A stretch of DNA of 63,715 nucleotides, the filler included, from Octopus bimaculoides (taxonomy: Eukaryota): NCBI RefSeq assembly GCF_001194135.2. It is 7 parts of 6 records of this genome, joined end to end, with 100 filler letters (N's around TTAATTAATTAA, not from the genome) between each part and the next. Parts side by side here need not be neighbours in the genome. Positions count along the whole stretch, not along the records: positions 17,518 to 24,084 come from NC_068983.1; positions 24,185 to 51,638 come from NC_069000.1; 5 more parts are not named here. The stretch is one strand, 5' to 3'. Under the pieces are notes generated by a model that did no database searches, was not told the origin of the DNA, and saw nothing but the letters and a program-made list of their open reading frames with translations. Each line of letters starts with the position of its first letter. The first letter of the stretch is position 1. Below are positions 23,726 to 36,725 of the stretch, piece by piece. Made by a program: the position numbers and the translations under genes.

Positions 23726-24084
23726 TTGGGTTGGCAACTAAGTTCACGCCATTTTTTAAAATTTTGGAATTTATTGCGTTTTTAAATTTTGAAATCTATT
23801 TTTTTTTTTGAAAATTCTATTTTTTAATCAATTTGGAATCTATTTTGTTTGGTTTTTTTCTAGTTAATTTTAGTTAATTTTTGTTTATTTTCAGATCATT
23901 AAAATGGAATGTCAAGTTAAGAAAAATGAGCATTTTCGACACCTTCTTTTCGCTTTTAATCAAGGTTCTAAGGCCGCAAAAGCTGCTCGAGACATTTGTG
24001 CTGTATATGGTGAGGGTGCCATAGCTGAAAGAACCGCTCGTGATTGGTATGCCAAGTTAAAAAATGGAAATTTTGACCTCAAAG
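23726..24084 (+). mobile_element. mariner transposon 5' end (TIR + HTH N-terminus), truncated by gap
   Basis: TA|ttgggttggcaactaagtt TIR; ORF 23904: MECQVKKNEHFRHLLFAFNQGSKAAKAARDICAVYGEGAIAERTARDWYAKLKNGNFDLK. Confidence 0.85.
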
Positions 24085-24184
24085 NNNNNNNNNNNNNNNN
24101 NNNNNNNNNNNNNNNNNNNNNNNNNNNNTTAATTAATTAANNNNNNNNNNNNNNNNNNNNNNNNNNNNNNNNNNNNNNNNNNNN

Positions 24185-25740
24185 AGCAAAAGAATTTCTA
24201 GCCTCTCCTCCGACAGGGACATTTTTAATAGCGTTGCCCCAGTATATAATAAGACTCTAAAAGATAGTGGATTTAGCGAGGAAATAGCCTATACACAGGA
24301 AACATAAGAATAGGAAAACTATCTGGTTCACACACCCCTACTCACCCGAAGTGACCTTTAATATAGGCAAGTATTTCTTAGCACTGATAGATAGACATTT
24401 TCCAGTCAACCATAGTTACAGAAAGCTCTTCAATAGATATAACTTAAAAATCAATTTCAGCTCAACTACTAATTTTAAAAATATAATCGCACACAACACA
24501 CAAAAACTACAATATGAAACCAGCTGTTCATGCAGGGATAAAAAGTTGTGCCTGCTAAATGGAGCTTTCATGTCTGAGATCATCATTTATGAAGCCACCG
24601 TGGACTCTCTATCCACTAAGGACACAGTTTCGATGAAGAAATACATGGGCCTTACAGAAGGTAATTTCAAGGCCAGGTTCAGTAATCACACCTTGAGCTT
24701 CAGGCACTGGGATAAAAGGAAAATGACCAAATTATCCAGTCATATATGGTCCTTAAAAGATAAAGGTGTCAGTTACAACATCCATTGGAAGATCTTAGCA
24801 AAGTATAAGCCCTACACCAACGGCAGTGGAAAGTGTGGCCTTTGTGATATGGAAAGATGGCTCATCTGGAAAAGCAGCTTAGACCCTGCCACATGACTAA
24901 ATTCAAGAACTGAACTTTTCAGATCATCTCCACATGTGGCTAAATATTTGTTACATTTTTGGTCCCCCCGAGATTACAGATAGGACTTGCTTTCTATATT
25001 GTGTCCACGTACAAGTTTTTTATCTCTCTATACTTTTTACTTATATTTCCTATATGTTTTTATATATTTTTTTACATATTTATAGAGATATTGTTCTATA
25101 GGTTTATTGCTCATATATTTTTTACACATATTTTTTCTACTTTCTGCCCTGCATTTTTCCTGTGCGCATATAGACGTGTATATGGAATCTTTTGTGCATG
25201 CGTGTGTGCTTGCGTGTGGGTATGTGCGTATATAGACATGTGTGAGTGTGTGCATGCGAGTATGTGCGTATACAGACATGTTTTACACTTATTGCTTATT
25301 TTTTACACTTTTTTGCACACTTAGCCTTGTTTTTTCTTGTGCATGTGCGTATATAGACGAGTATGAACATTTTTGTGTGCATGTGTGTGTGCATATATAG
25401 ACATGTGTATGAACCTTTTTGTGTGTGTGTATGTGTGTGAGCGTGTATGTATATATTTTTTGGCAAATGTGTGGGTGAGCATGTGTGTGTTTCAAGTGAG
25501 GATGGATGAGTATATACAGATAGACACATGTACATGGGTGTGCGGGCACGCATGTGTATGTATGGACATGCGCTCTTACTATGAACATTTTTACTCCCTC
25601 CCCTTATGTAGCGTTCATTCTAATAGCTCTTTTGTCTTAGTAAAGGTCAATCACACAGTAATTTCCCTTTGTTTAACAGTTATTTTCATGGTTTTGACGA
25701 GATGACAGCATGGGTTTCTGCCCCGACATCAGAATATGAG
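24185..25740 (+). mobile_element. Penelope-like element 3' part (RT end, linker, GIY-YIG) plus low-complexity pLTR region
   Basis: SKRISSLSSDRDIFN...RKTIWFTHPY / ORF 24351-24896 with CSC...C, IIYEATV...YMGLTEGNFKARFSNH...C.LC; Neptune/Naiad-like architecture. Confidence 0.85.
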
Positions 25741-26578
25741 AGTTTTATCATGGTTACCAAATAATTGTCACACATATTTACAGATAAATTCCTCTATTTC
25801 CATAATATCGGGGTCTCTTTCATTCTTCTGTTGTCTTACCATTTCTATCAATATATATATATATATACATACACATGGAGTATATATACATAGTGATATT
25901 AAATCATATAGTATATATATATGTAATATAAATNNNNNNNNNNNNNNNNNNNNNNNNNNNNNNNNNNNNNNNNNNNNNNNNNNNNNNNNNNNNNNNNNNN
26001 NNNNNNNNNNNNNNNNNNNNNNNNNNNNNNNNNNNNNNNNNNNNNNNNNNNNNNNNNNNNNNNNNNNNNNNNNNNNNNNNNNNNNNNNNNNNNNNNNNNN
26101 NNNNNNNNNNNNNNNNNNNNNNNNNNNNNNNNNNNNNNNNNNNNNNNNNNNNNNNNNNNNNNNNNNNNNNNNNNNNNNNNNNNNNNNNNNNNNNNNNNNN
26201 NNNNNNNNNNNNNNNNNNNNNNNNNNNNNNNNNNNNNNNNNNNNNNNNNNNNNNNNNNNNNNNNNNNNNNNNNNNNNNNNNNNNNNNNNNNNNNNNNNNN
26301 NNNNNNNNNNNNNNNNNNNNNNNNNNNNNNNNNNNNNNNNNNNNNNNNNNNNNNNNNNNNNNNNNNNNNNNNNNNNNNNNNNNNNNNNNNNNNNNNNNNN
26401 NNNNNNNNNNNNNNNNNNNNNNNNNNNNNNNNNNNNNNNNNNNNNNNNNNNNNNNNNNNNNNNNNNNNNNNNNNNNNNNNNNNNNNNNNNNNNNNNNNNN
26501 NNNNNNNNNNNNNNNNNNNNNNNNNNNNNNNNNNNNNNNNNNNNNNNNNNNNNNNNNNNNNNNNNNNNNNNNNNNNNN

Positions 26579-26619
<41 letters not shown>

Positions 26620-26659
26620 CATATATTTTAGAGAAGAACCACCAATATACAATTCAAAC

Positions 26660-26876
26660 AATGAAGGACTGCATTGATGATGTCTCACTTGCATTTAATG
26701 CTGCTGCAAAGAGAGAGACTTGAAGATGCCGTTATGAAAAGTTGCTAAATGAAGAGAATGAATGGGAGAAAGAGAGTTTGCCAAATGTTGACCCAACAGA
26801 GGGACCAGCTATTCAAATTGACAGTACCTTGGTAGATAAAGCAATTAAGGGTATGGAGACAGAGAAAGGCTCCGGT
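26660..26876 (+). mobile_element. RTE LINE fragment (region upstream of RT)
   Basis: YEKLLNEENEWEKESLPNVDPTEGPAIQIDSTLVDKAIKGM..KG.G. Confidence 0.75.
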
Positions 26877-26879
26877 ATA

Positions 26880-28540
26880 GCTTCTTTAGTCGTGTATCAA
26901 TCATTTGTGTGCAATTTTTGTCTGGCTTAAGTCTTCTTCAGTCTTAAAGGCATTGCAAAGTTTCCACAAATTTGGATGTGTGGATGTTATCGATGACCGC
27001 AAAGCATTGTGGAACCCTTCTACCAAATTATTTGCTCTTGGCAAGTCATTTAAAATGTGGTTGCATATATTCCAGGGTTGGATAGGAAACTGGGGGATTT
27101 CTCTTCATCGATGAAGACCACGCCCCCTTACAGTCCCAATGTATGAATTCTCAAAGTAAGTGATAAACTAAGAAGGGATGCTTTCATCATCAGACAAATC
27201 TTGAAATCCACTGACAACATCTTCAATTGGTAAAAATGCTAAAACACAAAAACAATTTTAAGCTAAAAACTTTCATCTGTGTTGTATCTCTTACTCTCAC
27301 CAAGTGCACATACCTTCTGCCAAATAGACTGTCTGAGATGAAAAACACACCCAACTACTTCTAAATGCGGAAATACAGAAACAAATTAATTATGGAGAGC
27401 TTTATCAAAGTCTATGAGACAGGTAGCAGGTTAACAATTTACCTTTAAATCCTGCACAGCAGACAGAACACAATGATATGAGGCTTCTTATTGTCAGGAA
27501 GTAAGGCAAATAGCCTGGGCACACATGACCCTCAAATAATGATATGTAGCATGAAAGCTGACACCACAAACCAGGAGACACCTTAAAAGCCCAATTTTCA
27601 CAGGCCCAATTTTCAGAGCTTTCTTGATCATCCGAGCCTTTTTTTTAGGAAAAAAATAAAATTTTGTCTGAGTCATCAATGCCAATGACCAAAAACAAGA
27701 ACCCATTTTCTAAGTACTTAACTGCATCTCGAATTTCAAACTCTGAACGACAAGTTGGAAGTGCTGGGATTCCTAAAGCATGCTACCTCCAATTATGTAT
27801 GTTACGTGAAAGTCCAGGAATAGTTTGCAACAATGATTGTGCTTCCGCATTGAGATTTTGTACAGCAGTAGCTATTACTTCCCATGTAGATACTGTGCCT
27901 GTTCTCATTACTTCACTTTTCATTGAATTAACTGCCTTTCAAACATTAATGTGTGCACTGCTTGCTGAGTGATTGTGGGAGCCTGTTGAAAAAGTAACTT
28001 CTGGTATACTGGAGTTGAAAGTTGTAGTAATGTATCCCGGCAACCTTTGTAATAACATTCACAATGCCAATATATTTTTATTTTGCTACTGTTGAATCCA
28101 TTCTTTGCGTATATATGATTCTCTTCATTGCAAAGCTTATGTTTGTTCTTCTCTGATGTTATAAATGTTGCTATGGCAGAGGGTTTCAAAGTTAAACTGA
28201 ATAGAAAAAAATTAGCAATACAGTGAAATTCAGTTGCATAAACCTATACTTTAACTAACGACTAATTAGAATTATTTGAGAAGTGTGTAACAGGGGCGTG
28301 TGTAATTAGTTTTCTATAGACTGTTTACTGTAGTCAAATTTACCTTAGTGGAATATACTGGAGTGAATTTTACCTACAGTGAAATTTTCCAAGTGGAATT
28401 TAACTAACAACTAATTAGTTAAGAAGTGTGTAACAAGGGCATGTGTAATTAGTTGCTATAGACTGTTATTTTCTGAGTGGAATTTACTTTAGTGGAATAT
28501 ACTGCAGTGAAATTTTCCGTAGTGGAATTTGCCGGTCACA
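26880..28540 (-). mobile_element. Mutator-like (MULE) element: FLYWCH + DDE transposase remnant and one terminus with subterminal repeats
   Basis: FITSEKNKHKL...YWHC (27920-28189); LAFLPIEDV...YFENSYIG...PRANNLVEGFHNA...HPNLWK (26920-27245); repeated gtggaattt units and a duplicated block of about 80 bp at 28250-28480. Confidence 0.75.
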
Positions 28541-29659
28541 CACATATGACAGCTAAATGTAACAGATTAAATAGGAATTGTCTTTAAAACTACAACATGA
28601 GATATGCTACTGACCTTCACAACGTTGACCACAATACCAGCAAGGTGAAGCAATGGTGCTGCATTTTTCTCAAACATTTTCACACCTTTGCTGTTGAAAA
28701 AAAATTTAAAACAATGCTAATTAATGATGTATAAAGAGCTAAATAGGAGGAGGCAAGAAAGAGATAAAGTAATAAAGAAAATATGTAAAACAGTTGTTGG
28801 CTTGTATCTTTTCACACACTCTACCCCAACAAACCAAACTACATCTCTTCTCTTCCTCAAATATCCTCTTTCATGCACTATATACTTATCTCTCACTCCC
28901 CAATCCTGTCCTCAAAGTCCTGTTAACTGTATCATGGCTATCCAGTAGCCCCCCCTCCACTACATACCTAGGTTTTCATCACACTACATTCCCTTCCACC
29001 ACTCTACTTATATCTTCAAACTTCTAATTTTTAATATAATATTGTTCATATTTCTCTTCTTGACATCAATCCCTATATTTCATAAACACTGTCTCTATGA
29101 ACTTTAATTTCATTTCATTTTGTTATTTTTTTCTCTATCTTTACAATCTTTATTTTCTAGTTAATCTATTATAATAAATGCAAAATTCTGTCTGTCCATC
29201 CATCCAGGGCCCCTGTATCACAGTCTACATTTACTTTACATAGACATATAATACCTTTTTGGAATCAGGATAATCTTGGGATTGAAATTCTGCCCTTCAT
29301 TTGGTTCTTGAACATCCAGCATTGGGATCAGGTCTAGGTGAGGATTTGTTATATGCTAACAGTTGAAAATTCAAATTTTAAAAGAACTCCAAAAATTTGT
29401 GAACTTTTCATTTAAACTAAATTTAAAGTAATACCAAAACTTTGTGAATTAAAAAAAATATTTTCAGTTTGGTTCATTTAAAACTAGATCCAAGTTAGAG
29501 AGAGTGGTTTCATGTTCATAAGGGCTTGAAGTTCTGTGGAGTTTGTGAATGGAAGCACTCAGAAGGAAATATTGAAAAACTCAAACTTCTGCCCAAATTG
29601 GACATTCGGCAAGATTGGACTTTTTGCCTGGATCAAACCTTTGGTGGAGTCAGTTTATT

Positions 29660-30215
29660 CAGAGATTTGGATGCTGGAAGATTTGCAGCTCAGTTACTAG
29701 ATCTGGGAAATGGAAGCATTCAGCAAGACAGCAATGAAGGCAACACTTTTCCAAATGGCTGCAGCATTTTGGTCAAAATTGTAAAAAGAGTTGATTACCA
29801 AGGTTTACCCAAACATTGGACATAATTTCCAAGATCATGATTGGCATTGTGAAAGAGCCATACTTGCACCAAAGAATGAAACTGTCCAGGTTGTCAACTG
29901 GAAACTTATACAATCAATCAATACTGAGGAAAAAAATTAGTTTTCAACTGATACTGTTGTGGACCCCAATGAGGATGTGAATTATCCTAATAAGTTTCTT
30001 AACTCTTTGGATCCTCCTGGAATGCCTCCTCACAAACTGACATTGAAGAAAGGAGTTCCAATCATGCTTTTCAGAAATCTGCATCCTCCAAAGCTGTGTA
30101 ATGGAACAAGACTGATTGTCAAGAAAACGCATCCGCATCTTTTGGAAGCAACAATCCTCACTGGACAAGAAAAATGAGAAAATGTGTTTATTTCAAAAAT
30201 TCCATGTGCTGCCAT
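29660..30215 (+). mobile_element. Helitron PIF1-type helicase fragment
   Basis: FAAQLLDLGNG; WHCERAILAPKNETV; [46 protein letters not shown]. Confidence 0.85.
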
Positions 30216-30529
30216 TTGTTGACACACAACAGAACTAGTCTGGAAACTTCTTTATACCACCTCATATATTACTTTACTTATACCAATATTGTCTACCAGT
30301 TACTTTTTAATTATCTTACTAAATTTCCATTCCCTCCTTTAGAAAACTGTTTAATTGATTTCTATTAATTTTATTATTATTGTCTTCCATATTTCTTAAG
30401 GTTCTTTTTAAATATTGATGTTGCATTCGTAAAACGTTATGCTAATAGATTATTGTTTAACATGGTTTCCTTCTCACCCAATGAGCTAGCTTAATGCCAG
30501 CATTAATTTAAAGATTGTTTATATTAATA

Positions 30530-31880
30530 CAGACAACTGCATAAAGAAGTGCTGATCACTGAAAGTGGATGGTACCTGCAGAAGAGGGAGACCTAGGAAG
30601 ATGTGGGATGAAGTGGTAAGGACCAATCTCAAGATGTTGATCCTCATGGAGGAAATGACAATGGACCAAGATGTCTGGCGATATGAGGTTCTTGAGAAGA
30701 CCCACCCATGTTAGCGAAACTGAGTTCTAGAAGTGCTGTGTGTCCCACCCACACTTAAGAAAACTTCTCACACACCCAACAGGAACAAGCCAAACTACAT
30801 CTCTTCTCTTCCTCACATTTCCACTTCATGCACTATGCTTACCTCCCACTTCCCAATCCTGTCCTCTTGGCTCTGTCTCACTGTATCACTGCTCTCCGCT
30901 AGCCCCCAACCTGTGTGTTCCACCCACATGTAACAAGAAAACTATTCACACACCCTACCCCAACAAACCAATCTACATCTCTTCTCTTCCTCACATGTAC
31001 TCCTTCATATACTATATCTACCTATCACTCCCCAATTTTGTCCTCATGACTCTGTTTCTCTGTATGACTGTTATCCAGTAGCCCCACCCCATTCTATATA
31101 TGCCCAGGTTTTCACCATTCACCTCCCTACACACTCTTTCATCACGCTTCTTTCACAATATCCTGCCACTTATATTATGATGTTCGAACCTCAAGGGTAT
31201 GCTCTAGTACTTGCCAATATCTATATCTCTCTCTTCTTTTATTCAACCATCCCATTTATATTTTGATCCCTGTCTCTTGGGAGTATACCTGGCACTTTGC
31301 CACCATCCCAATCCCTTTGTCTCTCACTCTCTCTCTCCTTCTCCTGCACTTTCCTCAGGTTGGGTAACCATGAATCTCCTTTGTGGTAGCACACCTGTTT
31401 CTGTCTTCATTCCTGATCTCGATCTCTCCAGCTAGGTAACTTTATATTTCCTTTACAGCAAGATACCTACTTCTGTCTCTATCTCACTATAACCTTTCAT
31501 CATCTGACACAAGATCACCTCCTCCAATGTCCTGTCCCCTCTCAAAAGATTACTTTTTGTCTTGCAAGGTACTTGGTGACCCTGTCAGTGAAGGTGCCAC
31601 TTAAAAAGCATCCAGCCCTCACTGTAAAGTGGTTGGTGTTTGGATGGGCATACATCTGTAAAAACCTTGCCAAAACTGACCTCACCTGTGCTTGTGCTAC
31701 ATAAAAATCACTAAGTCCACTCTGCTGAGTGGTTGGTGTTAGGAAAGGCATCCAGCTGTAAAAATCCTGCCAAAACAGTCACAGAACTCTGATGCAGGCT
31801 TCTGCCTGCCTGGTCCCTATTAAACCATCCCACCCATACCAGCATGGAAAGCAGATGTTAAACGATAATGATGATGACAT
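30530..31880 (+). mobile_element. RTE LINE 3' end with long 3' UTR containing tandem pyrimidine-rich units of about 190 bp
   Basis: RGRPRKMWDEVVR...WRYEVLEKT then UTR ending in ggcatccagctgtaaaa...gttaaacgataatgatgatga. A third UTR unit lies at 28810-28950. Confidence 0.65.
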
Positions 31881-31996
31881 GTAAGTAATTTACTTATTAT
31901 ATTTTATAATAAAATAAATTATCTATGCATGCTGTGAAACAATTGTGGTATAAAAATTTTCAAAAATTTTTTCATACTATATTTCATTTATAACAT

Positions 31997-32074
<78 letters not shown>

Positions 32075-32087
32075 CCTTTTATCCTTT

Positions 32088-32258
32088 ATCTATTGATTCA
32101 GTCATTAGACTGCAACCATACTGGGGCACTACCTTGAAGAATGTATTTTGTTTTAAGCCTTGTACTTATTCTATCAGTCTCCTTTGCTGAATCACTAAAT
32201 TATGGGTATTTAAACACACCAGCATGAGTTATCAAGCAGTAGTGGGGAACAAACACAG

Positions 32259-32290
<32 letters not shown>

Positions 32291-32463
32291 TAGAGAGAGA
32301 GAGAGTGGTTGTTTTTCAGTTTCAATCTACCAAATTTACTCACAAAGCTTCCGGCAACCTGGGGCTTCAGTAGAAGTCACAAGCCCAAATTGTCCCACAG
32401 TGGGACTGAGCCTGGAAACATGTGGTTGGGAAGCAAACTTCTTACCACACAACTATATACCAT
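32088..32463 (-). mobile_element. SINE family A, full length, diverged
   Basis: Reverse complement of head and tail motifs. Confidence 0.8.
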
Positions 32464-33814
32464 GTGCAAAAAATGTAAGGCTGAACAACAGTGAAATGAA
32501 AGCAGTTACTATAGAAAACCTGAATCAATGAAAGGAATGAGTTTTGTATAGTCAGCAGGATGTGAAATGTTAATCCATCAGAAAGATAAGGGACGACTGA
32601 ATTGAGAATGTGACTACATGTTTTGTTTAGCTGAAGGTTAGCCTTAACTAAACAGACCAAAAGTTTTGTGCTTTCTTTTTTTTAGATAACAGAGTGTGTT
32701 TTGGCTTCTTAATAGGTTGAATGAGCATAGAAACTCCTCCATTGGCTTGTGTAATTAGCTATCAAAAAAATGGACATAAAAATATCTATGGTGATATACA
32801 TCTGTATTAGGAGGGCAAACATGAAACTATACAGATATTTCTAAAATTTTAGTAAGAACATAGAAAAAGTGAGAAATTGTGAAGTTTCTAATATACGATA
32901 TGAGAGTTTATGAAATTACATTTAGCACCACCACCACTTGACAACCGGTGTTGGTGTGTTTACATCCCCATACCTTAGTGATTTGGCAAAGGAGATTGAT
33001 AGAATAAGTACCAGGCTTACAGAAACTTACCCTCGACTGACAGCTGGGTTCAGAAATACTGTGACAATCCGAGGTCTCTGGTGCAGCTGGATGCTAGCAT
33101 TACCATATTTCTGTCAATGATAATATTAAAGACATTATTATCTAAAACAAAGTTTATCTGTTGTCCACTCAAGAAAAGTATTAAAAGAAGAAAATACACT
33201 GAAAACAAAATAAAGCATCTGCTGTTTACCTCCAAGTTGACCAAACTCCTGTTTTGAGACAGTAAATTTGAAGCTACACTACCCAATGTGTTCTTTCTTT
33301 TTTATGATGATATACATGTGATTTGGGGGAGATTTGATTGCTATTTTAGTAGGTTAACTGCACAAAAGCTCTAATGTGGTCTGTAAATCACATAAGAACA
33401 ATGAGGTAAAGTTTGTAAAAAATGTAGTAAAGGGTAGGGAATAAACCATGTCTGGTATATTTCTCACAAATTGTCTAATCTAAGGTTACTATTTATAGGT
33501 TCTGTGTGCAATAATATACCAAAGTTCATGCAAAGATCAAATGTCACCCAAGATTTTATTTTTCTAATATGTATGCACACACACATATAGATACATACAC
33601 ACACATATATAATAATATTAATCATTATTATTTAGACACGTGCAAGAGCTCTCTGCTTCTACACAAACTTTGCACAAGCCGCCTTCTTTTCAGACACTAC
33701 TCTCTTGCTCTTCCCAATGAATCCACAACTCAAGAACAGCCACAATCAATGAAGGTAGGTCTGGTGAGATTGTTGAAGTGCTACAATGAAGGTATGTAGA
33801 TGTGTGCTGTGTGC

Positions 33815-34260
33815 AAAAGATAAGATGGAAGGGAGGCTCAGCTTGAATTCTCATGACTAAGGAACAAAGATATAAATTCTGGGTGGGCGATAGTGATGGC
33901 ATGAGAGATGTAGGTAATACTTCTGGTAGAGAAATGGTTAGATAAGGTAATCAAAGTAGTCAGAGTGTGTGAGAGAATCATGAAACTGAGACTAGTTCTG
34001 AAAAATACAACAGCAACAATTATCTCTGCAAATACTTTCTAATCAGAATTAGCAGAGGAAGAAAAGGATTGATTTTACCAGCCCATTTGTAGATTAACTA
34101 ACTCAATGATGAATAACTGACCATATTTTTGTGGCTGGTGATTTCAGTGGACATGTTGAGCAGGAACCCAATGGATTCCAAGGTATACATGGAGGCATAA
34201 AAGCAAAGAGACATGCTTGAAAGGATCTGAAGAATGGGGGAAAAAGAGAAGTTAAGTGAC
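33815..34260 (+). mobile_element. RTE LINE apurinic endonuclease fragment
   Basis: RWKGGSA*IL...YKFWVG...GN...DKVIKVVRVCERIMKLRLVL. Confidence 0.65.
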
Positions 34261-34385
34261 AGGTCTATTTAGCAAGGGGAGAAACAGAAAGAAAAGGTTT
34301 ACCATGAGGATCAGAGGAATGAGGTGTTAAACAATGACGATGATGATTATATATATATAACTAAAGAGTAAATTTATTCAAAGAA

Positions 34386-34622
34386 GCCCATATGTATGTG
34401 TGTTTGTGTGTCTGTGTTTGTCCCCCCACCATCGCTTGACAACTGATGGTGGTGTGTTTACGTCCCCGTAACTTAGCGGTTCGGCAAAAAGAGACCGATA
34501 GAATAAGTACTAGGCTTACAAAGAATAAGTCCTGGGGTTGATTTCCTCGACTAAGGGTGGTGCTCCAGCATGGCCGCAGTCAAATGACTGAAACAAGTAA
34601 AAGAGTAAAAGAGTAAAAGAAT
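34386..34622 (+). mobile_element. SINE family A, 3' two-thirds, young-looking
   Basis: Clean body and an (aaaagagt)n tail. Confidence 0.85.
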
Positions 34623-34624
34623 AA

Positions 34625-35280
34625 AATCACCATTGGCTTCAACCACGGCCTCCAGACGACTTTGGAATCTCCTGCAACTCTTCTGGACGGTCTTCTTGTA
34701 TAAGTTGGTGAATGCTGCCATAATCCTTGCCTTCAATTCATCTTTGGTGTTACAAGGAGTTTTGTTGGTTTCTCACTCAACTGCACCCCACACATAATAA
34801 TCGAGAAGGTTGCAGTGTGGGGAGTTAGGTGGCCAGATGTTAGGAGTGATGTGATCGCAGAAATTGTCCGACAGCCATGACTGGGGTCTCCTGCTTGTGT
34901 GGCATGGTGCAGAGTCCTGTTATCAGACAGAGGGTCTTCCAGCAGCCACCCTCTTGACCCAAGGCAGCACTACCTCTTCCAGGCACTTGATGTAGGCCTT
35001 CACACTGAGTCTGAGGCCGTGTGGGAAGGTGAATGGATGCATAACACTGCCATCACTAGTGACCACTCCAAACACCATGATGTTGACAGGATGTTTGATT
35101 TTTATCATTCTTGGTACTCTGCACTGTCCTCAGATTGACACCAAACATTCTGAAATGTTCATATTGGAGCTTCCAGTGCAAATTCCAAGCAGTACAGCAT
35201 GTCATTTCAAAATTTCTGGCCAAGTGAATTGCATCATGGTGCTGTTTTTCTCACAGAGAGTGCCCCACTATACTGTATAG
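34625..35280 (-). mobile_element. maT/Bmmar1-type (DD37D) Tc1/mariner remnant
   Basis: KHPVNIMVFGVV; QDSAPCHTS...WPPNSPHCNLLDYYVW with exactly 37 residues between the 2nd and 3rd catalytic Asp. Confidence 0.8.
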
Positions 35281-35374
35281 TTGGCAAAATCAAAACCAAA
35301 CAATGTGGATGCGTGAAATTAAAAATATAAAATGGTGACAATTTACCCGTTGCACCCTATATATATATAGTTGA

Positions 35375-35530
35375 AATTTACAGCAAAACAAAAGACGAAG
35401 ACAGGTGTATAAACAACAAGGTGTATTCGTTTGATACTCGGAAATTTGAGAAAGTCTTTTATGTTTCGAGTCTACGTTCTTCAACAGAAAGAAACACGAG
35501 AAAATAAGCAGAGAGAAATAAAATGTGAAA
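35375..35530 (-). mobile_element. pLTR-like repeat with minimal hammerhead-like motif (35452-35495)
   Basis: - strand UCUUU CUGUUGA A GAAC GUAG ACUC GAAAC AUA AAAGA. Confidence 0.55.
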
Positions 35531-35567
35531 ATGTGTGTGTATATATATATATAAAAACATTTATATC

Positions 35568-35705
35568 ATCATCATCGTTTAACGTCCGCTTTCCATGCTA
35601 GCATGGGTTGGACGATTTGACTGAGGACTGGTGAAACCGGATGGCAACACCAGGCTCCAATCTAATTTGGCAGAGTTTCTACAGCTGGATGCCCTTCCTA
35701 ACGCC
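35568..35705 (-). mobile_element. RTE-type 3' tail (LINE or SINE), runs into gap
   Basis: catcatcatcgtttaacgtccgctttccatgctagcatggg...gatgcccttcctaacgcc is the reverse complement of 48440-48588. Confidence 0.85.
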
Positions 35706-36246
35706 NNNNNNNNNNNNNNNNNNNNNNNNNNNNNNNNNNNNNNNNNNNNNNNNNNNNNNNNNNNNNNNNNNNNNNNNNNNNNNNNNNNNNNNNNNNNNNN
35801 NNNNNNNNNNNNNNNNNNNNNNNNNNNNNNNNNNNNNNNNNNNNNNNNNNNNNNNNNNNNNNNNNNNNNNNNNNNNNNNNNNNNNNNNNNNNNNNNNNNN
35901 NNNNNNNNNNNNNNNNNNNNNNNNNNNNNNNNNNNNNNNNNNNNNNNNNNNNNNNNNNNNNNNNNNNNNNNNNNNNNNNNNNNNNNNNNNNNNNNNNNNN
36001 NNNNNNNNNNNNNNNNNNNNNNNNNNNNNNNNNNNNNNNNNNNNNNNNNNNNNNNNNNNNNNNNNNNNNNNNNNNNNNNNNNNNNNNNNNNNNNNNNNNN
36101 NNNNNNNNNNNNNNNNNNNNNNNNNNNNNNNNNNNNNNNNNNNNNNNNNNNNNNNNNNNNNNNNNNNNNNNNNNNNNNNNNNNNNNNNNNNNNNNNNNNN
36201 NNNNNNNNNNNNNNNNNNNNNNNNNNNNNNNNNNNNNNNNNNNNNT

Positions 36247-36277
<31 letters not shown>

Positions 36278-36685
36278 AATGTTTTTATTTTTCATTCCCT
36301 TCGAAATTTATCCCTAATAGTGGTTTGAATTTTAGCTGTTCCTCCTCGCGTGCAAGGAATCCTATGACCGAACATCTTATGTGTTTAAATGTACACTGTA
36401 CTCATATATATATATATATATACATTGAGAAAAAAGGAGATCACCAGAATCTTGGAAAAGACAGACAGATAGATAGGTACAGAGAGGGAGGAGGGAGGGA
36501 TTTCTTTTCAGTTTGGCATATATTTACCCTTTATTTATTTAGTTAGTTAGTTACCATTGTATGAGTTTAGGGATGGTGACCTCTCCAATAATGAAAAAAG
36601 GATGGGGTGCAGTCATCACTGAAAGCATTTTTGTTTTTTCATTTTCTTAAGATGCCAGAAGATAAGAGGTTCTATGAAAAATTAA

Positions 36686-36725
<40 letters not shown>

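Noticed and set aside
24894-24896. In-frame TGA in the Penelope GIY-YIG tail as possible selenocysteine
   Set aside because: The equivalent position in the 48.6-kb copy is Leu, not Cys, and no SECIS was recognised; most likely a nonsense mutation.
25695-25735. Hammerhead in the pLTR of the 24-kb Penelope (also 40595-40625 and 18040-18075)
   Set aside because: Core words are incomplete (no proper CUGANGA plus GAAA with pairing stems).
30720-31100. CRISPR-like or satellite array
   Set aside because: Only two or three diverged units of about 190 bp within an RTE 3' UTR; no repeat-spacer structure, and the context is eukaryotic.
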